Positions 9,119 to 18,059 of a DNA stretch of 37,433 bases are shown here, one piece after another. Every line of letters begins with the position of its first letter. Position 1 is the stretch's first letter. The notes below the pieces were generated by a model. It searched no databases, had not been told where the DNA came from, and was given only the letters and a program-made list of their open reading frames with translations. This DNA is from a virus (Duplodnaviria > Caudoviricetes): positions 1-37,433 of IMG/VR virus record IMGVR_UViG_3300025073_000021, one strand, 5' to 3'. A program made the position numbers and the translations under genes.

Positions 9119-10777
9119 ATGAAAAAAATACTATATTTTTTCTCACTGTTGGTTTTGCTTGTTCCGTTATTGATACAAGCGACCTATACGCCAACTTATA
9201 CTAATGGGTTTGTTCAGGACATTTTTAATGTGGACGCAATGGCAATGTCCAAAGATTTAGTTGTTTCTTCTACACCAGCCTCTTTAATTGGGGATAATCT
9301 CAATGTCGGTTTGGTGAAATATGAAGTTACCGCTCCATTAAGTCAAACGCTTGCCCCTGCGTCAAGCACAGTATATTTACCTGATAATTTCGTTCAATGT
9401 CATTCTGATAATCTAGGTAACGCTTATACATACAACATAACAATTGACCCGAATGATAATGAAACAATAAACGGACAAGCGACTTATACCATAGATGAAA
9501 ACTGGGGTTCAGTATGTTTACGGGCTGACAGTGATACTAATTGGCGTGTAGTGTATGACAGTCAAACAGATTATCCAACTCTTTCAGGGTATAATCTTTT
9601 ATCAGATTTAACACCTTCTGTTTTCAGAACCAATGAGTCATATATTGTTCCAGCGGCGGCAAGCACGACTGCTTATTATTTAGGTCACGCTAATTATTTG
9701 CTTGACCAATCAGAAGTTGATTTGCCGAATTTGGGTTATGGTGGAAATGCGTATGGTTATCTTTATGGTTATGCTAAACAAAAACCTACTTCAACCTATG
9801 AGGCGTGGTTAATGGTTTTTACTGACCAATCTACAACAGGAACAGTTACTAACCTTAATATGTTGAATATTGGTAGTGAACAGACGGCTTCTGTGGTTAC
9901 TAATTTTACTGCTTTAAATTTATATAATAATCCATACGGTTTTAATCCAACTTCCACTTATTTTGCTAATTTCACCAATACATATTTGACGAACAATATG
10001 ATAAATGTTCGTAACGATTCAGATAAATGGTGGATACCGATGTCTTCGGCTACAAGTTCAATTACTTTCTTTGATACTTCCGCGCGAACGGCATCAATGA
10101 TGACTGTTCAAGCTGGTTCAGCATCAACTCCGATGAATACCCCATATACCGCAGGAGCTTCATTTTCTCAATTTTCTTCAAATATAGGTTTAGGTTTGAT
10201 TGGTTCTCAAACTTCCGCAGGACTTGATACTAGTGAATTTGCCAATGGTGTATCAGGTTTAATTGCTACTCACGCCAGCGATAATGCTGACGCAAATCTT
10301 AACTCTTTCCAAGCGCTTGGTAATTTCGCCGCTGGAAATACAGCGATGACAACCGCTTACGGGGCGGCGATGATAGGTGGCGTTGGTAATTTTGATTATT
10401 TGATAAATACTCAATATGCGTCTGATATTAGGGCGTATAAGGCAGTAAATGACGGCAGTCCAGTTTGGCGTTTTGGCTCAGCGGATGCTGAAAGTTTAGG
10501 AATACAAACTGTGTATGATACTGGTGCACAAACTCTTAATTATGTTAATTTTAATACTTATACAGCAAGTTCAACAGCAGATAAAGGTCAATATATATTT
10601 AATGTAGATGAAACTGAAGTTTTAAGTATTGATGATGCTGGATTGGTAAATAAATATGATGTTTACATAACTACATCTACAAAAGGAATAGTATTGACTT
10701 CACCAGATGGTACTTGTGCACGAGGAACTATAGATAATTCAGATGTACTTACATTTAGTTCTATAACTTGTCCTTAA
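9119..10777 (+). CDS. Signal-peptide-bearing fibre/spike-like protein
   Basis: Sec-type signal MKKILYFFSLLVLLVPLLIQA; ITIDPNDNETINGQATY fibre module; C-terminal GIVLTSPDGTC...TCP. Confidence 0.7.
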   Translation: MKKILYFFSLLVLLVPLLIQATYTPTYTNGFVQDIFNVDAMAMSKDLVVSSTPASLIGDNLNVGLVKYEVTAPLSQTLAPASSTVYLPDNFVQCHSDNLGNAYTYNITIDPNDNETINGQATYTIDENWGSVCLRADSDTNWRVVYDSQTDYPTLSGYNLLSDLTPSVFRTNESYIVPAAASTTAYYLGHANYLLDQSEVDLPNLGYGGNAYGYLYGYAKQKPTSTYEAWLMVFTDQSTTGTVTNLNMLNIGSEQTASVVTNFTALNLYNNPYGFNPTSTYFANFTNTYLTNNMINVRNDSDKWWIPMSSATSSITFFDTSARTASMMTVQAGSASTPMNTPYTAGASFSQFSSNIGLGLIGSQTSAGLDTSEFANGVSGLIATHASDNADANLNSFQALGNFAAGNTAMTTAYGAAMIGGVGNFDYLINTQYASDIRAYKAVNDGSPVWRFGSADAESLGIQTVYDTGAQTLNYVNFNTYTASSTADKGQYIFNVDETEVLSIDDAGLVNKYDVYITTSTKGIVLTSPDGTCARGTIDNSDVLTFSSITCP

Positions 10778-10788
10778 CATATTAGTAT

Positions 10789-11088
10789 ATGTCGAAACAA
10801 TTAGGCGAAGCAATAAGCCCACCAGGACGTAAAATATTACAAGCAGTAGCTGCTCTTGCAGTTTTAGCAGGGGTAGCTTATGGAGGGTATATGTATTCAT
10901 TCAAAGAAAATCTTGTTTTGACAACCTTTGAGAAAGGCAGACAAGAAGGCTTACAAGCTGGTCAAGTCATAGGTTCACAACAACAACAAAGTGCTGTGCA
11001 ACAACTTATTCAGCAGGGTAAATTGATTGTATCTCCTACGTTGCAAGCTGAGATAAATAAAGAAATACCACAAGAAACACCTCAATAA
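10789..11088 (+). CDS. Small membrane protein
   Basis: One TM helix (ILQAVAALAVLAGVAYGGY) followed by a Q-rich helix. Confidence 0.7.
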   Translation: MSKQLGEAISPPGRKILQAVAALAVLAGVAYGGYMYSFKENLVLTTFEKGRQEGLQAGQVIGSQQQQSAVQQLIQQGKLIVSPTLQAEINKEIPQETPQ

Positions 11089-11092
11089 TTAT

Positions 11093-13714
11093 ATGAAAAA
11101 AAAATCTGAAGAAAAAGAAAAACTTGGTGGTTATCAAAATGTGCAAGATACTACTCGTAAACCTTATTTTGATTTTAACCAAGTTGGAAGTTCACCAACA
11201 ACTCCTCCTACTGGTGTAATGAGAATGTTCACTAAAACAGATGGTTCTGCATATCTTCTTGATGATCAGGGGGTAGAAACCACAGTAGGTGGTGCAACAG
11301 GTTCAGGAGACATGACTAGAGCGGTATACGATTCAGATGATGATGGAAAAGTTACATCTGCAGTAACTGCAGATAACGCTACTCAACTTAATAGTCAATC
11401 AGCTTCATATTACGCAACTGCAGGGGATCTTACATCTCACACAGGAAATACCTCTAACCCACATTCCGTCACAGCCGCACAAGTGAGTGCCGTACCTACT
11501 TCTTACCTCGACACAGATAGCACAATGGCGGCTAATTCTGATGCAAAAGTAGCTACTCAGAAAGCTACTAAAGCTCACGTTGTTACTCAACTTGCTACGC
11601 TTACTAAGTCATCAGTGGGATTAGGAAATGTAGATAACACGTCTGATGCTACTAAGAACGCCGCGTCTGTTGCTTTGACGAATAAAACGATTGATGTAGA
11701 TAGTAACACAGTTTCAAATATTGAAGTAGATAATTTTAAATCTGGGGTTATAGACACTGATGGTACGCTTCTTGCTAATTCTGACACAAAACTTGCTACC
11801 CAAAGAGCTGTAAAAGCCTATGCTGACTCAGTTAGAACAGGCACAGCAGCTCGTATTGCGTGTGATGTGGCAACTGACGCAGCTTTACCAGCATGTACGT
11901 ATGATAATGGTACAGGAGGTGTAGGTGCTACTCTTACAGGAGATGCAGTCGGTGCTCTAACTGTTGATGGTGTTGATTTGAATGCAACAGGAGCTGAAGG
12001 CAATGGGCGTGTTCTTGTCAAAGATCAGGCGAACGGAGCACATAACGGAGTATACCTAGTCACTGAAGCGGGAGACGTTGGTACTGCGTTTATTCTCACC
12101 CGTGTTACAGACTATGATGCTGCCGATGCTTCTGAAATATCGAGTGGTTCTTTCTTCACGGTAATCTACGGTACAGAAAATAACAGTTCTCTTTGGATGC
12201 TTGCTACCACAGGAACAATAGTAGTAGGCACAACATCTCTTGTATTCACTCCATTGCCTGTTGCAGGTGCTTACACTGCCTCAAATGGTGTGAAAGTTGT
12301 AACAAGTGACATGCAGATTGATCTTTCTGATACTAACCCATCACTTGAAGTTTCAGATGGTGGTCTTAGGGCAAAAGTTGACGGGAGCACTATAGAACGA
12401 GCAGCTGGTGGGCTTCAGATTAAAGACGGTGGAGTTACCGCAGCTAAAATAGCTAATGCGGCTGGTATTCCATATTCAAAACTTACGCTTACAAACGAGA
12501 TAGTAAACGCCGACATTGATGACGCAGCTGCTATCGCTGAAACAAAACTCGCTTTGGATGTTGCTACTGCGACGCTTGACTCTACAAAACTTGCTAAAAC
12601 TCTTAACTCTGCTCAAATATTCGTAGGTAACGGCTCAAATGTAGCGACAGGAGTTGCAATGAGTGGGGACGTAGCCGTAGATAACACAGGTGCAACTACT
12701 ATTCAAAACGGAGCTGTTGAATATCCTATGCTTGCAGGCTCTATTCCTGATTCAAAACTAGACCAAATCACCACAGCTTCTAAAGTATCTGGTGCAGCTC
12801 TTATCGCATTAGCAAGTATTCCTTCAGGTGCAGGACAAGTGCCTGTAGCTAACTTAGGCACTGGCACAGGTTCATCAAGTAATTATCTTAGAGGGGATGG
12901 AGCGTGGAGCCCAGTAACAGGTACGAGTAGTGATTATTCTGTTACGCCATTATATTTTATGAATAAAGCCACAGCTGTTACATGGACTAACATGCCCGCA
13001 GCGGTAACTACTTTTTATAGTGCAGTATTAACTTATCGTACACGTTTAGACTTAACGTATGCTACACAATATAGAATAGTGGTTTATATGAGCGTAGCAG
13101 GGGCTACGAATGCTGACCTTAACTTACAGTATTCTTTAGATGGTTCAACAAGTTGGACTGCTTGTGATACAGGAGGTGCTGGTGAATTAGCTATAGGTTC
13201 TACTGGTTTTAAGGCGAGTTCATGGACTAACCTAGTTGCTGGTGCAAAGACAGATGTGCATTTAAGAGTTGTAGGCAAAGAGGGAGATGGGATTATTGAT
13301 CCTGTATTTTATGATTTAAAAGTTGAATTTAAGTATCCTGTCTACTCTCGTAAAATCCAAACAAAACAACCTATTGCAGAGACAACGACACTTACTACAG
13401 GGGATGGAATAGGGTATATAAATGTTCCATCAGAAATGAACGGCTTGGTTATTGCTGGCGTCGAAGGGTTTGTTTATACCGTTTCGTCTTCTGGTGCAGT
13501 AAATATCCAGCTTCATAACATGCGAACTGACCAAGATATTCTCTCAACCGCTCTGACGATTGACGCTAACGAATACACATCAGACACAGCGGCTACTCCT
13601 GCAGTTATTAACGCTACTTACGATGATGTACAGGCAGGGGACAGAATCCGTATTGACGTAGATGGAGCAGGTACAGGCACAAAAGGTTTAGAAGTTAAAT
13701 TGAGATACGCTTAA
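11093..13714 (+). CDS. Tail fibre protein
   Basis: 873 aa with HTGNTSNPHSVT, VGLGNVDNTSD, ATQKATKA and RVLVKDQ...NGVY fibre modules and V/I-T-A-A-K-I/L-type repeats. Confidence 0.85.
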   Translation: MKKKSEEKEKLGGYQNVQDTTRKPYFDFNQVGSSPTTPPTGVMRMFTKTDGSAYLLDDQGVETTVGGATGSGDMTRAVYDSDDDGKVTSAVTADNATQLNSQSASYYATAGDLTSHTGNTSNPHSVTAAQVSAVPTSYLDTDSTMAANSDAKVATQKATKAHVVTQLATLTKSSVGLGNVDNTSDATKNAASVALTNKTIDVDSNTVSNIEVDNFKSGVIDTDGTLLANSDTKLATQRAVKAYADSVRTGTAARIACDVATDAALPACTYDNGTGGVGATLTGDAVGALTVDGVDLNATGAEGNGRVLVKDQANGAHNGVYLVTEAGDVGTAFILTRVTDYDAADASEISSGSFFTVIYGTENNSSLWMLATTGTIVVGTTSLVFTPLPVAGAYTASNGVKVVTSDMQIDLSDTNPSLEVSDGGLRAKVDGSTIERAAGGLQIKDGGVTAAKIANAAGIPYSKLTLTNEIVNADIDDAAAIAETKLALDVATATLDSTKLAKTLNSAQIFVGNGSNVATGVAMSGDVAVDNTGATTIQNGAVEYPMLAGSIPDSKLDQITTASKVSGAALIALASIPSGAGQVPVANLGTGTGSSSNYLRGDGAWSPVTGTSSDYSVTPLYFMNKATAVTWTNMPAAVTTFYSAVLTYRTRLDLTYATQYRIVVYMSVAGATNADLNLQYSLDGSTSWTACDTGGAGELAIGSTGFKASSWTNLVAGAKTDVHLRVVGKEGDGIIDPVFYDLKVEFKYPVYSRKIQTKQPIAETTTLTTGDGIGYINVPSEMNGLVIAGVEGFVYTVSSSGAVNIQLHNMRTDQDILSTALTIDANEYTSDTAATPAVINATYDDVQAGDRIRIDVDGAGTGTKGLEVKLRYA

Positions 13715-13715
13715 T

Positions 13716-14690
13716 ATGGTATTTGATTCACAGTGGTTTGAACAAAATCAAAAGAAACTTCTCTGGCTTTTGAACACGCCAATTATTAAGTATTGGTTTA
13801 GGTGGTGCTTACGAATTAGAAGACATGATTGTACTTCTCGAATTATTAAAATCGAGCCAAACAAATATTGGTTTCAAGATGAGAACATCTACGTAGATAT
13901 TAGGACTCATAATAAGTTTTCTAAACGACTTTATTACGCTTTTAAGCCTTTTTGGTACTTGTTGCATGGTGTTGATTTTCTTCTTAACAGAGCCAAATTT
14001 CAGTATAATTTCGGGTTTGACACCTTAACTGCGTACCCTGATGCAAGCAGTGGAGGTACAACTGTAGACGGAGTAGTTGGACGTGTTGAAGTAGACGAAA
14101 CTTTTGCAACAATCCGTGCTGGGGCTGGGAATGGGTTTGATGTTACAGGTACAGAAGATTATTTTTGTGGATTAGATGCTACGACCACAACAGACCAATT
14201 TGCAAACCTGATAAGAGGAATATATACGTTTGATACATCAAATCTAAGATGGTCTGAAGTTTCCTCAGTTACGCTGTCATTATTTGGTCAAGGTACACAT
14301 TATGTTGGTTTAAGTGCAACTGGTGGGACAGCAGCAGATATACATGTTGTTTCAGCAAGTCCTGCTGCTAACAACAACTTAGCCAACTCAGATTATGGTA
14401 ACACAGGTACAACGAGCTTCGGCTCTATAGCAAGTGGTTCATGGAGTGCCATCGCATATAATGATTTTTCACTTAACGCATCTGGATTAGCAAATGTAGC
14501 AATTAACGGAATCACTAAGTTTTGTTCAAAATTATCATGGGATGTAACAGGTACATTTGGCGGGGCATGGTTGACAGGAGCTTCAGAGGCATTTCAAGGT
14601 TACTTCGCAGATCAAACAGGAACAACAAACGACCCAAAACTCGTTGTGACTTATACAACTCCGTTTATTCCATTATCAACATTCATGTAA
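13716..14690 (+). CDS. Virion protein with an aromatic amphipathic leader and a C-terminal beta-sandwich (carbohydrate-binding-like) domain
   Basis: Trp/Phe/Lys-rich first ~100 aa ending NFG, then an RGIYTFDTS...DPKLVVTY domain. Confidence 0.65.
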   Translation: MVFDSQWFEQNQKKLLWLLNTPIIKYWFRWCLRIRRHDCTSRIIKIEPNKYWFQDENIYVDIRTHNKFSKRLYYAFKPFWYLLHGVDFLLNRAKFQYNFGFDTLTAYPDASSGGTTVDGVVGRVEVDETFATIRAGAGNGFDVTGTEDYFCGLDATTTTDQFANLIRGIYTFDTSNLRWSEVSSVTLSLFGQGTHYVGLSATGGTAADIHVVSASPAANNNLANSDYGNTGTTSFGSIASGSWSAIAYNDFSLNASGLANVAINGITKFCSKLSWDVTGTFGGAWLTGASEAFQGYFADQTGTTNDPKLVVTYTTPFIPLSTFM

Positions 14691-14691
14691 T

Positions 14692-14850
14692 ATGGACTGC
14701 AAAGAACGCTACAAAGAATTTAGTATGGAAGGAGAATATATCGTAGACGATGAACTAGAGCATGATTGGATAATACATAATTTACAAGATTTTATTATTA
14801 AACAATGCCAATGGTGCAGAGTAACAAAAGATACATCGTATGGAGCCTGA
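14692..14850 (+). CDS. 52-aa Cys/His-containing protein (not in the ORF track)
   Basis: MDCKERYKEF...HDW...CQWCRVTKDTSYGA; fills the gap between two coupled genes. Confidence 0.55.
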   Translation: MDCKERYKEFSMEGEYIVDDELEHDWIIHNLQDFIIKQCQWCRVTKDTSYGA

Positions 14851-15130
14851 CGAAGAACACAAAAAATATTTTCATAATATGTCTCCAGAGACAAAAGAGG
14901 CTTTAGAATCTCTTAACAAACGTATGGATGTTATGGAAGAAAACCATAAGGAATTACGACAAGATGTAAAAGAGATAAAAGAAAATCATTTAGCTCATTT
15001 GCAATGTGGACAGAATGATTTAAAGATTGAAATGACCGCTCAAAGTACTAATTTAAAATGGATATTGATTATAGGTGGTTTTACTATCGTACAGGGTGCT
15101 GGAATATTAGTTGCTATTTTAACAAAATAA
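14840..15130 (+). CDS. Coiled coil with a C-terminal TM helix (XhlA/holin-like)
   Basis: Heptad region then WILIIGGFTIVQGAGILVAIL; located at the start of the lysis-position block. Confidence 0.6.
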   Translation: MEPDEEHKKYFHNMSPETKEALESLNKRMDVMEENHKELRQDVKEIKENHLAHLQCGQNDLKIEMTAQSTNLKWILIIGGFTIVQGAGILVAILTK

Positions 15131-15136
15131 TATATT

Positions 15137-15202
15137 GGAACTTCCCCCTCAATCGAGATACTTATCGATTGACACTCATATCATGGTTGGGTGGGAGGTT
15201 CT
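15137..15202 (+). ncRNA. Three-way-junction RNA leader of the GC-rich cassette
   Basis: Outer stem ggaacttccc/gggaggttct; inner hairpins tcaatcga/tcgattga and cactca/tgggtg. Confidence 0.5.
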
Positions 15203-15220
15203 AAACAATGGAGGGATAAG

Positions 15221-15295
15221 GTGAAAGAAGTGTTGGAGTACATCATGTTGCTCGTTACAGTGGCTCTCATCATCGCAGAGTTCTCACTCCTGTAG
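15221..15295 (+). CDS. 24-aa hydrophobic peptide, type I toxin-like (not in the ORF track)
   Basis: GGAGGG SD then GTG; translates as MKEVLEYIMLLVTVALIIAEFSLL. Confidence 0.55.
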   Translation: MKEVLEYIMLLVTVALIIAEFSLL

Positions 15296-15304
15296 GAGGG
15301 AAAC

Positions 15305-15556
15305 ATGAAGACCATGTGTGGGTGCGGACTTCGCATGAAGGACTACGGTGGTGTCGATGGTTTCGCCATCGAGGAGTGCGACTGGTGCTCGCAGAACGGT
15401 GGCGTGTACTGCAAGTCGCCCTACTGGGACACGAAACGGGACAAGGAGGATGACAAGCGTGTCCGACAGGGTATGGCGTACAAGGAAGCCATGAACAACG
15501 TGACCCCGCTCGAACGCACGAGACAGGGGAAGAAGAAGGGAAGGAGAGCCGCATGA
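15305..15556 (+). CDS. Small Cys-rich (Zn-ribbon-like) protein with a basic tail
   Basis: AGGAGGG SD 4 nt before ATG; CGC...CDWC...C; GC-rich codon usage. Confidence 0.7.
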   Translation: MKTMCGCGLRMKDYGGVDGFAIEECDWCSQNGGVYCKSPYWDTKRDKEDDKRVRQGMAYKEAMNNVTPLERTRQGKKKGRRAA

Positions 15557-15756
15557 GACTCGACGAGAAGTACGTTCAGCCGAAGCTGCTCTGCCCCACC
15601 TGCCGTGAGAAAACCGACCACGTCATCGACCACAAGACGCTCACCACTTCGGGAAGCCTCGTGCTGGCGTACTACACGTGCAAGACGTGTGGTAAGTCGC
15701 ACCAGGCGATCCTCGGAGAACTCCAGACCTTGTGTCAAGAGTTCAAAGCCGCCTAA
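15553..15756 (+). CDS. Small Zn-ribbon protein
   Basis: AAGGAGA SD, ATGA overlap with the upstream gene; CPTC...CKTC. Confidence 0.7.
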   Translation: MRLDEKYVQPKLLCPTCREKTDHVIDHKTLTTSGSLVLAYYTCKTCGKSHQAILGELQTLCQEFKAA

Positions 15757-15761
15757 TGCCA

Positions 15762-15783
15762 CCCACAGGGCATCTGCTGTGGG
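15762..15783 (+). other. Hairpin closing the GC-rich cassette
   Basis: cccacag/ctgtggg stem just after the last cassette stop codon; no U-tract. Confidence 0.5.
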
Positions 15784-15797
15784 GAAATCTATATATT

Positions 15798-16691
15798 ATG
15801 GAATACGGAACAGGCTTAGTGCCAGACATTTTAGACGAAAGGGATTACGAGTTAGACCATATCCTTATGGGTTCTCCTATTTTCGATTGGGAGAAAGGAT
15901 ATGACATCGAGGAAGAAATAGGTATGGAGATACCAACTAAAAGTCAGAATGGCTCTGGTTCATGTGTCGGACAGACATCAGCTACCTATATTTGGGTCAA
16001 GAATGTCGTTGAGGCTGTTCAGAAATATGGAAAATTAACAGAACAAACAAAACAATTTTTTAAAGAATACTACCAGATTTCTGCAAAGGCAGTCTACTCG
16101 CAGATACATCTTGAACAAGGTGGTGCATACTCACGAGACGCTATGATGTTGTGGAGAGACTGGGGTGCAGTACGAGAGAAAGAAGTGCCAAGCTACGATA
16201 ATGGCAATCCACCAAGTGAAGAGTTTATGCGAGGCACAGAATGGATGAATAAAACCTTATATCCTAAAACACTGCAGTCTTTTGAGGCAAGAATGCTCAG
16301 AGACAAGTCAATAGACGCTATTGCACAGGCAATACGAGATAATCACGGAATACATTTCGGAGTAAGAGGTGAGTGGAATAACACGTGGAAGAGTATGTTC
16401 CCTTTAGCACCTCAGAGTACGAATTTCTTTTACCATGCTCTCTACGCTGGTAAGGCGAATATGATAAACGGCAAGAAGTACATCGGTATTAAGAACAGCT
16501 GGGGAGACAATGTCGGACAGAAAGGTTGGCAATGGCTGTCTGAAGAGTGGTTTCCAGAGTATGTGATGAATCCGTGGGTAGCATTTGACCAAGCTAATTC
16601 AGGGCTACTAAAGTTCATAGATAAAAAAGGTAAACCACGTAAGCTCCCTGCTTATTGGATTAAATCAATAGCACATTTAATGTATGTCTAA
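15798..16691 (+). CDS. Papain-like cysteine peptidase (clan CA, C1-like) 1
   Basis: QNGSGSC (oxyanion Gln and catalytic Cys), YHAL (His), IKNSWG (Asn); propeptide-like GLVPD..DERD. Start placed at ATG 15798. Confidence 0.9.
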   Translation: MEYGTGLVPDILDERDYELDHILMGSPIFDWEKGYDIEEEIGMEIPTKSQNGSGSCVGQTSATYIWVKNVVEAVQKYGKLTEQTKQFFKEYYQISAKAVYSQIHLEQGGAYSRDAMMLWRDWGAVREKEVPSYDNGNPPSEEFMRGTEWMNKTLYPKTLQSFEARMLRDKSIDAIAQAIRDNHGIHFGVRGEWNNTWKSMFPLAPQSTNFFYHALYAGKANMINGKKYIGIKNSWGDNVGQKGWQWLSEEWFPEYVMNPWVAFDQANSGLLKFIDKKGKPRKLPAYWIKSIAHLMYV

Positions 16692-17676
16692 ACTATACTG
16701 GAAAATAACAAACGCCCTAGAAGCACAGGTTAAAAAATTCGTTCAGCCTTCTGGTGTTAAGACAGGTCTCTTGCGACATAAAGAAGATGGACGAGACAAG
16801 AACTTTGAGGCTACGATGGGTTGGCTTGGTAAACAACCTACATTCAAATCAGTCTCAAACTTCAATGGCGAAATAATGAGACAAGTACATAACATCTGTG
16901 TGTTCGCTTCTCGTAAAATGGGGCGACTATACCAGCAGGGATTAGAGTTTTCAATGAAACTTCCAGTTGTGTGGGGCAAGCGTAATGGTTGGGTAACAGG
17001 AGATGGGTTTTCAAGTCTTCGTGCAGAGAATGATAACGGAACTAAAAATGGGCTTGTGCTTGTAGAGGACTGTCCTGATACTCAGATACCGTGGAGAGAT
17101 TTTTCAACGCTTGATAACGCCACATACGCAAGCCTTATGGAGAAAGCAAAGCTCTGCAAGATACCTGCGTATAGACCTATTTACAACGTAGAAACAGCAC
17201 TAGAAGCTCTTGACAAAGGATTTGTACTATTCACTGGTTACAAGTGGTACAACAGTGATTACAGACTTAAACCACCTGACTTCATCTATAAGTTTAATGG
17301 CTCTATTATAGGGCACCATGCTATCAATGTAACAGGGACAATGCCGAATGGTTTGTATCAACAGCCTAATACATTTGGTAAAGAGTGGGGTGATGGCGGT
17401 GTAGGTTGGCTTAGAACTATCTTCTCTAAAAATCAATATCCTATCTACATTGAGGAGTTTATCCCACTAGAAACACGAATACCACTATTTATAAGGCAGA
17501 ATGAAGGCAGAGTAGTACGAACAGCGAATGACCCTGAGTGCTACAAGCTAGAAAATGGCACTAAACGATATATAGAGACTCTTAAAGATTATCATGCTCT
17601 CGGTGGAAAGAATAGAGTCGTAAAACAGGAACTGCTCGATGCAGTGCCTACAGGAGTACCTTATTCATTAACTTAA
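16684..17676 (+). CDS. Papain-like cysteine peptidase 2 with a C-terminal putative surface-binding domain
   Basis: QVHNIC, GHHAI and PNTFGKEWG catalytic motifs; C-terminal EGRVVRTANDPECYKLENGTKRYI module. Confidence 0.8.
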   Translation: MSKLYWKITNALEAQVKKFVQPSGVKTGLLRHKEDGRDKNFEATMGWLGKQPTFKSVSNFNGEIMRQVHNICVFASRKMGRLYQQGLEFSMKLPVVWGKRNGWVTGDGFSSLRAENDNGTKNGLVLVEDCPDTQIPWRDFSTLDNATYASLMEKAKLCKIPAYRPIYNVETALEALDKGFVLFTGYKWYNSDYRLKPPDFIYKFNGSIIGHHAINVTGTMPNGLYQQPNTFGKEWGDGGVGWLRTIFSKNQYPIYIEEFIPLETRIPLFIRQNEGRVVRTANDPECYKLENGTKRYIETLKDYHALGGKNRVVKQELLDAVPTGVPYSLT

Positions 17677-17680
17677 ACTT

Positions 17681-17914
17681 ATGTCTCTCGTAAAAAGATT
17701 TCCAGTGCTAGGTTCAAGTCAAAACCCAGAACAACTAGCACTTACAGTAAAAGGTGTACTTTTAACACTCATTCCTATTGTTGTTATGATGGCTGGCGGA
17801 TTGAATATTACCCTCAACTCAGATGATTTAATAGCATTTGTAAATACATTATTTGGAATTGTAACTCTTGGTATTACATTGTACGGAATTGTAAGAAAAA
17901 TCTTTAAGAAATAG
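17681..17914 (+). CDS. Holin-like two-TM protein
   Basis: 77 aa, two hydrophobic helices, basic C-terminus; follows the peptidases. Confidence 0.7.
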   Translation: MSLVKRFPVLGSSQNPEQLALTVKGVLLTLIPIVVMMAGGLNITLNSDDLIAFVNTLFGIVTLGITLYGIVRKIFKK

Positions 17915-18050
17915 CCTCAACCTCTCGTGCTATATCGGGCAGGATGCTAGATATACTGCGGAGCTATACATAGTCTGGGGTCTCCGAGTAATCGGGGTGT
18001 TACTTAGCCCTTTAGTCCCTTAGTGGGTAATGCTAGAGGGCTAGAATAAC
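17915..18050 (+). ncRNA. Structured intergenic RNA between the lysis block and tail genes
   Basis: GC-richer than its flanks; ctccga-GTAA-tcgggg GNRA hairpin and a 13-bp stem ttagccctttagt/gctagagggctag. Confidence 0.45.
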
Positions 18051-18059
18051 ATAATTTAT

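Noticed and set aside
15169-15197. Promoter for the GC-rich cassette at TTGACA 15169
   Set aside because: No -10 hexamer at 16-18 bp spacing, and the TTGACA is part of a hairpin arm.
15270-15904. Overlapping ORFs 15270-15554(-), 15421-15762(-), 15605-15904(+) and the N-terminal extension of 15732
   Set aside because: By-products of high GC; the SD-led plus-strand ORFs and ATG 15798 explain the region.
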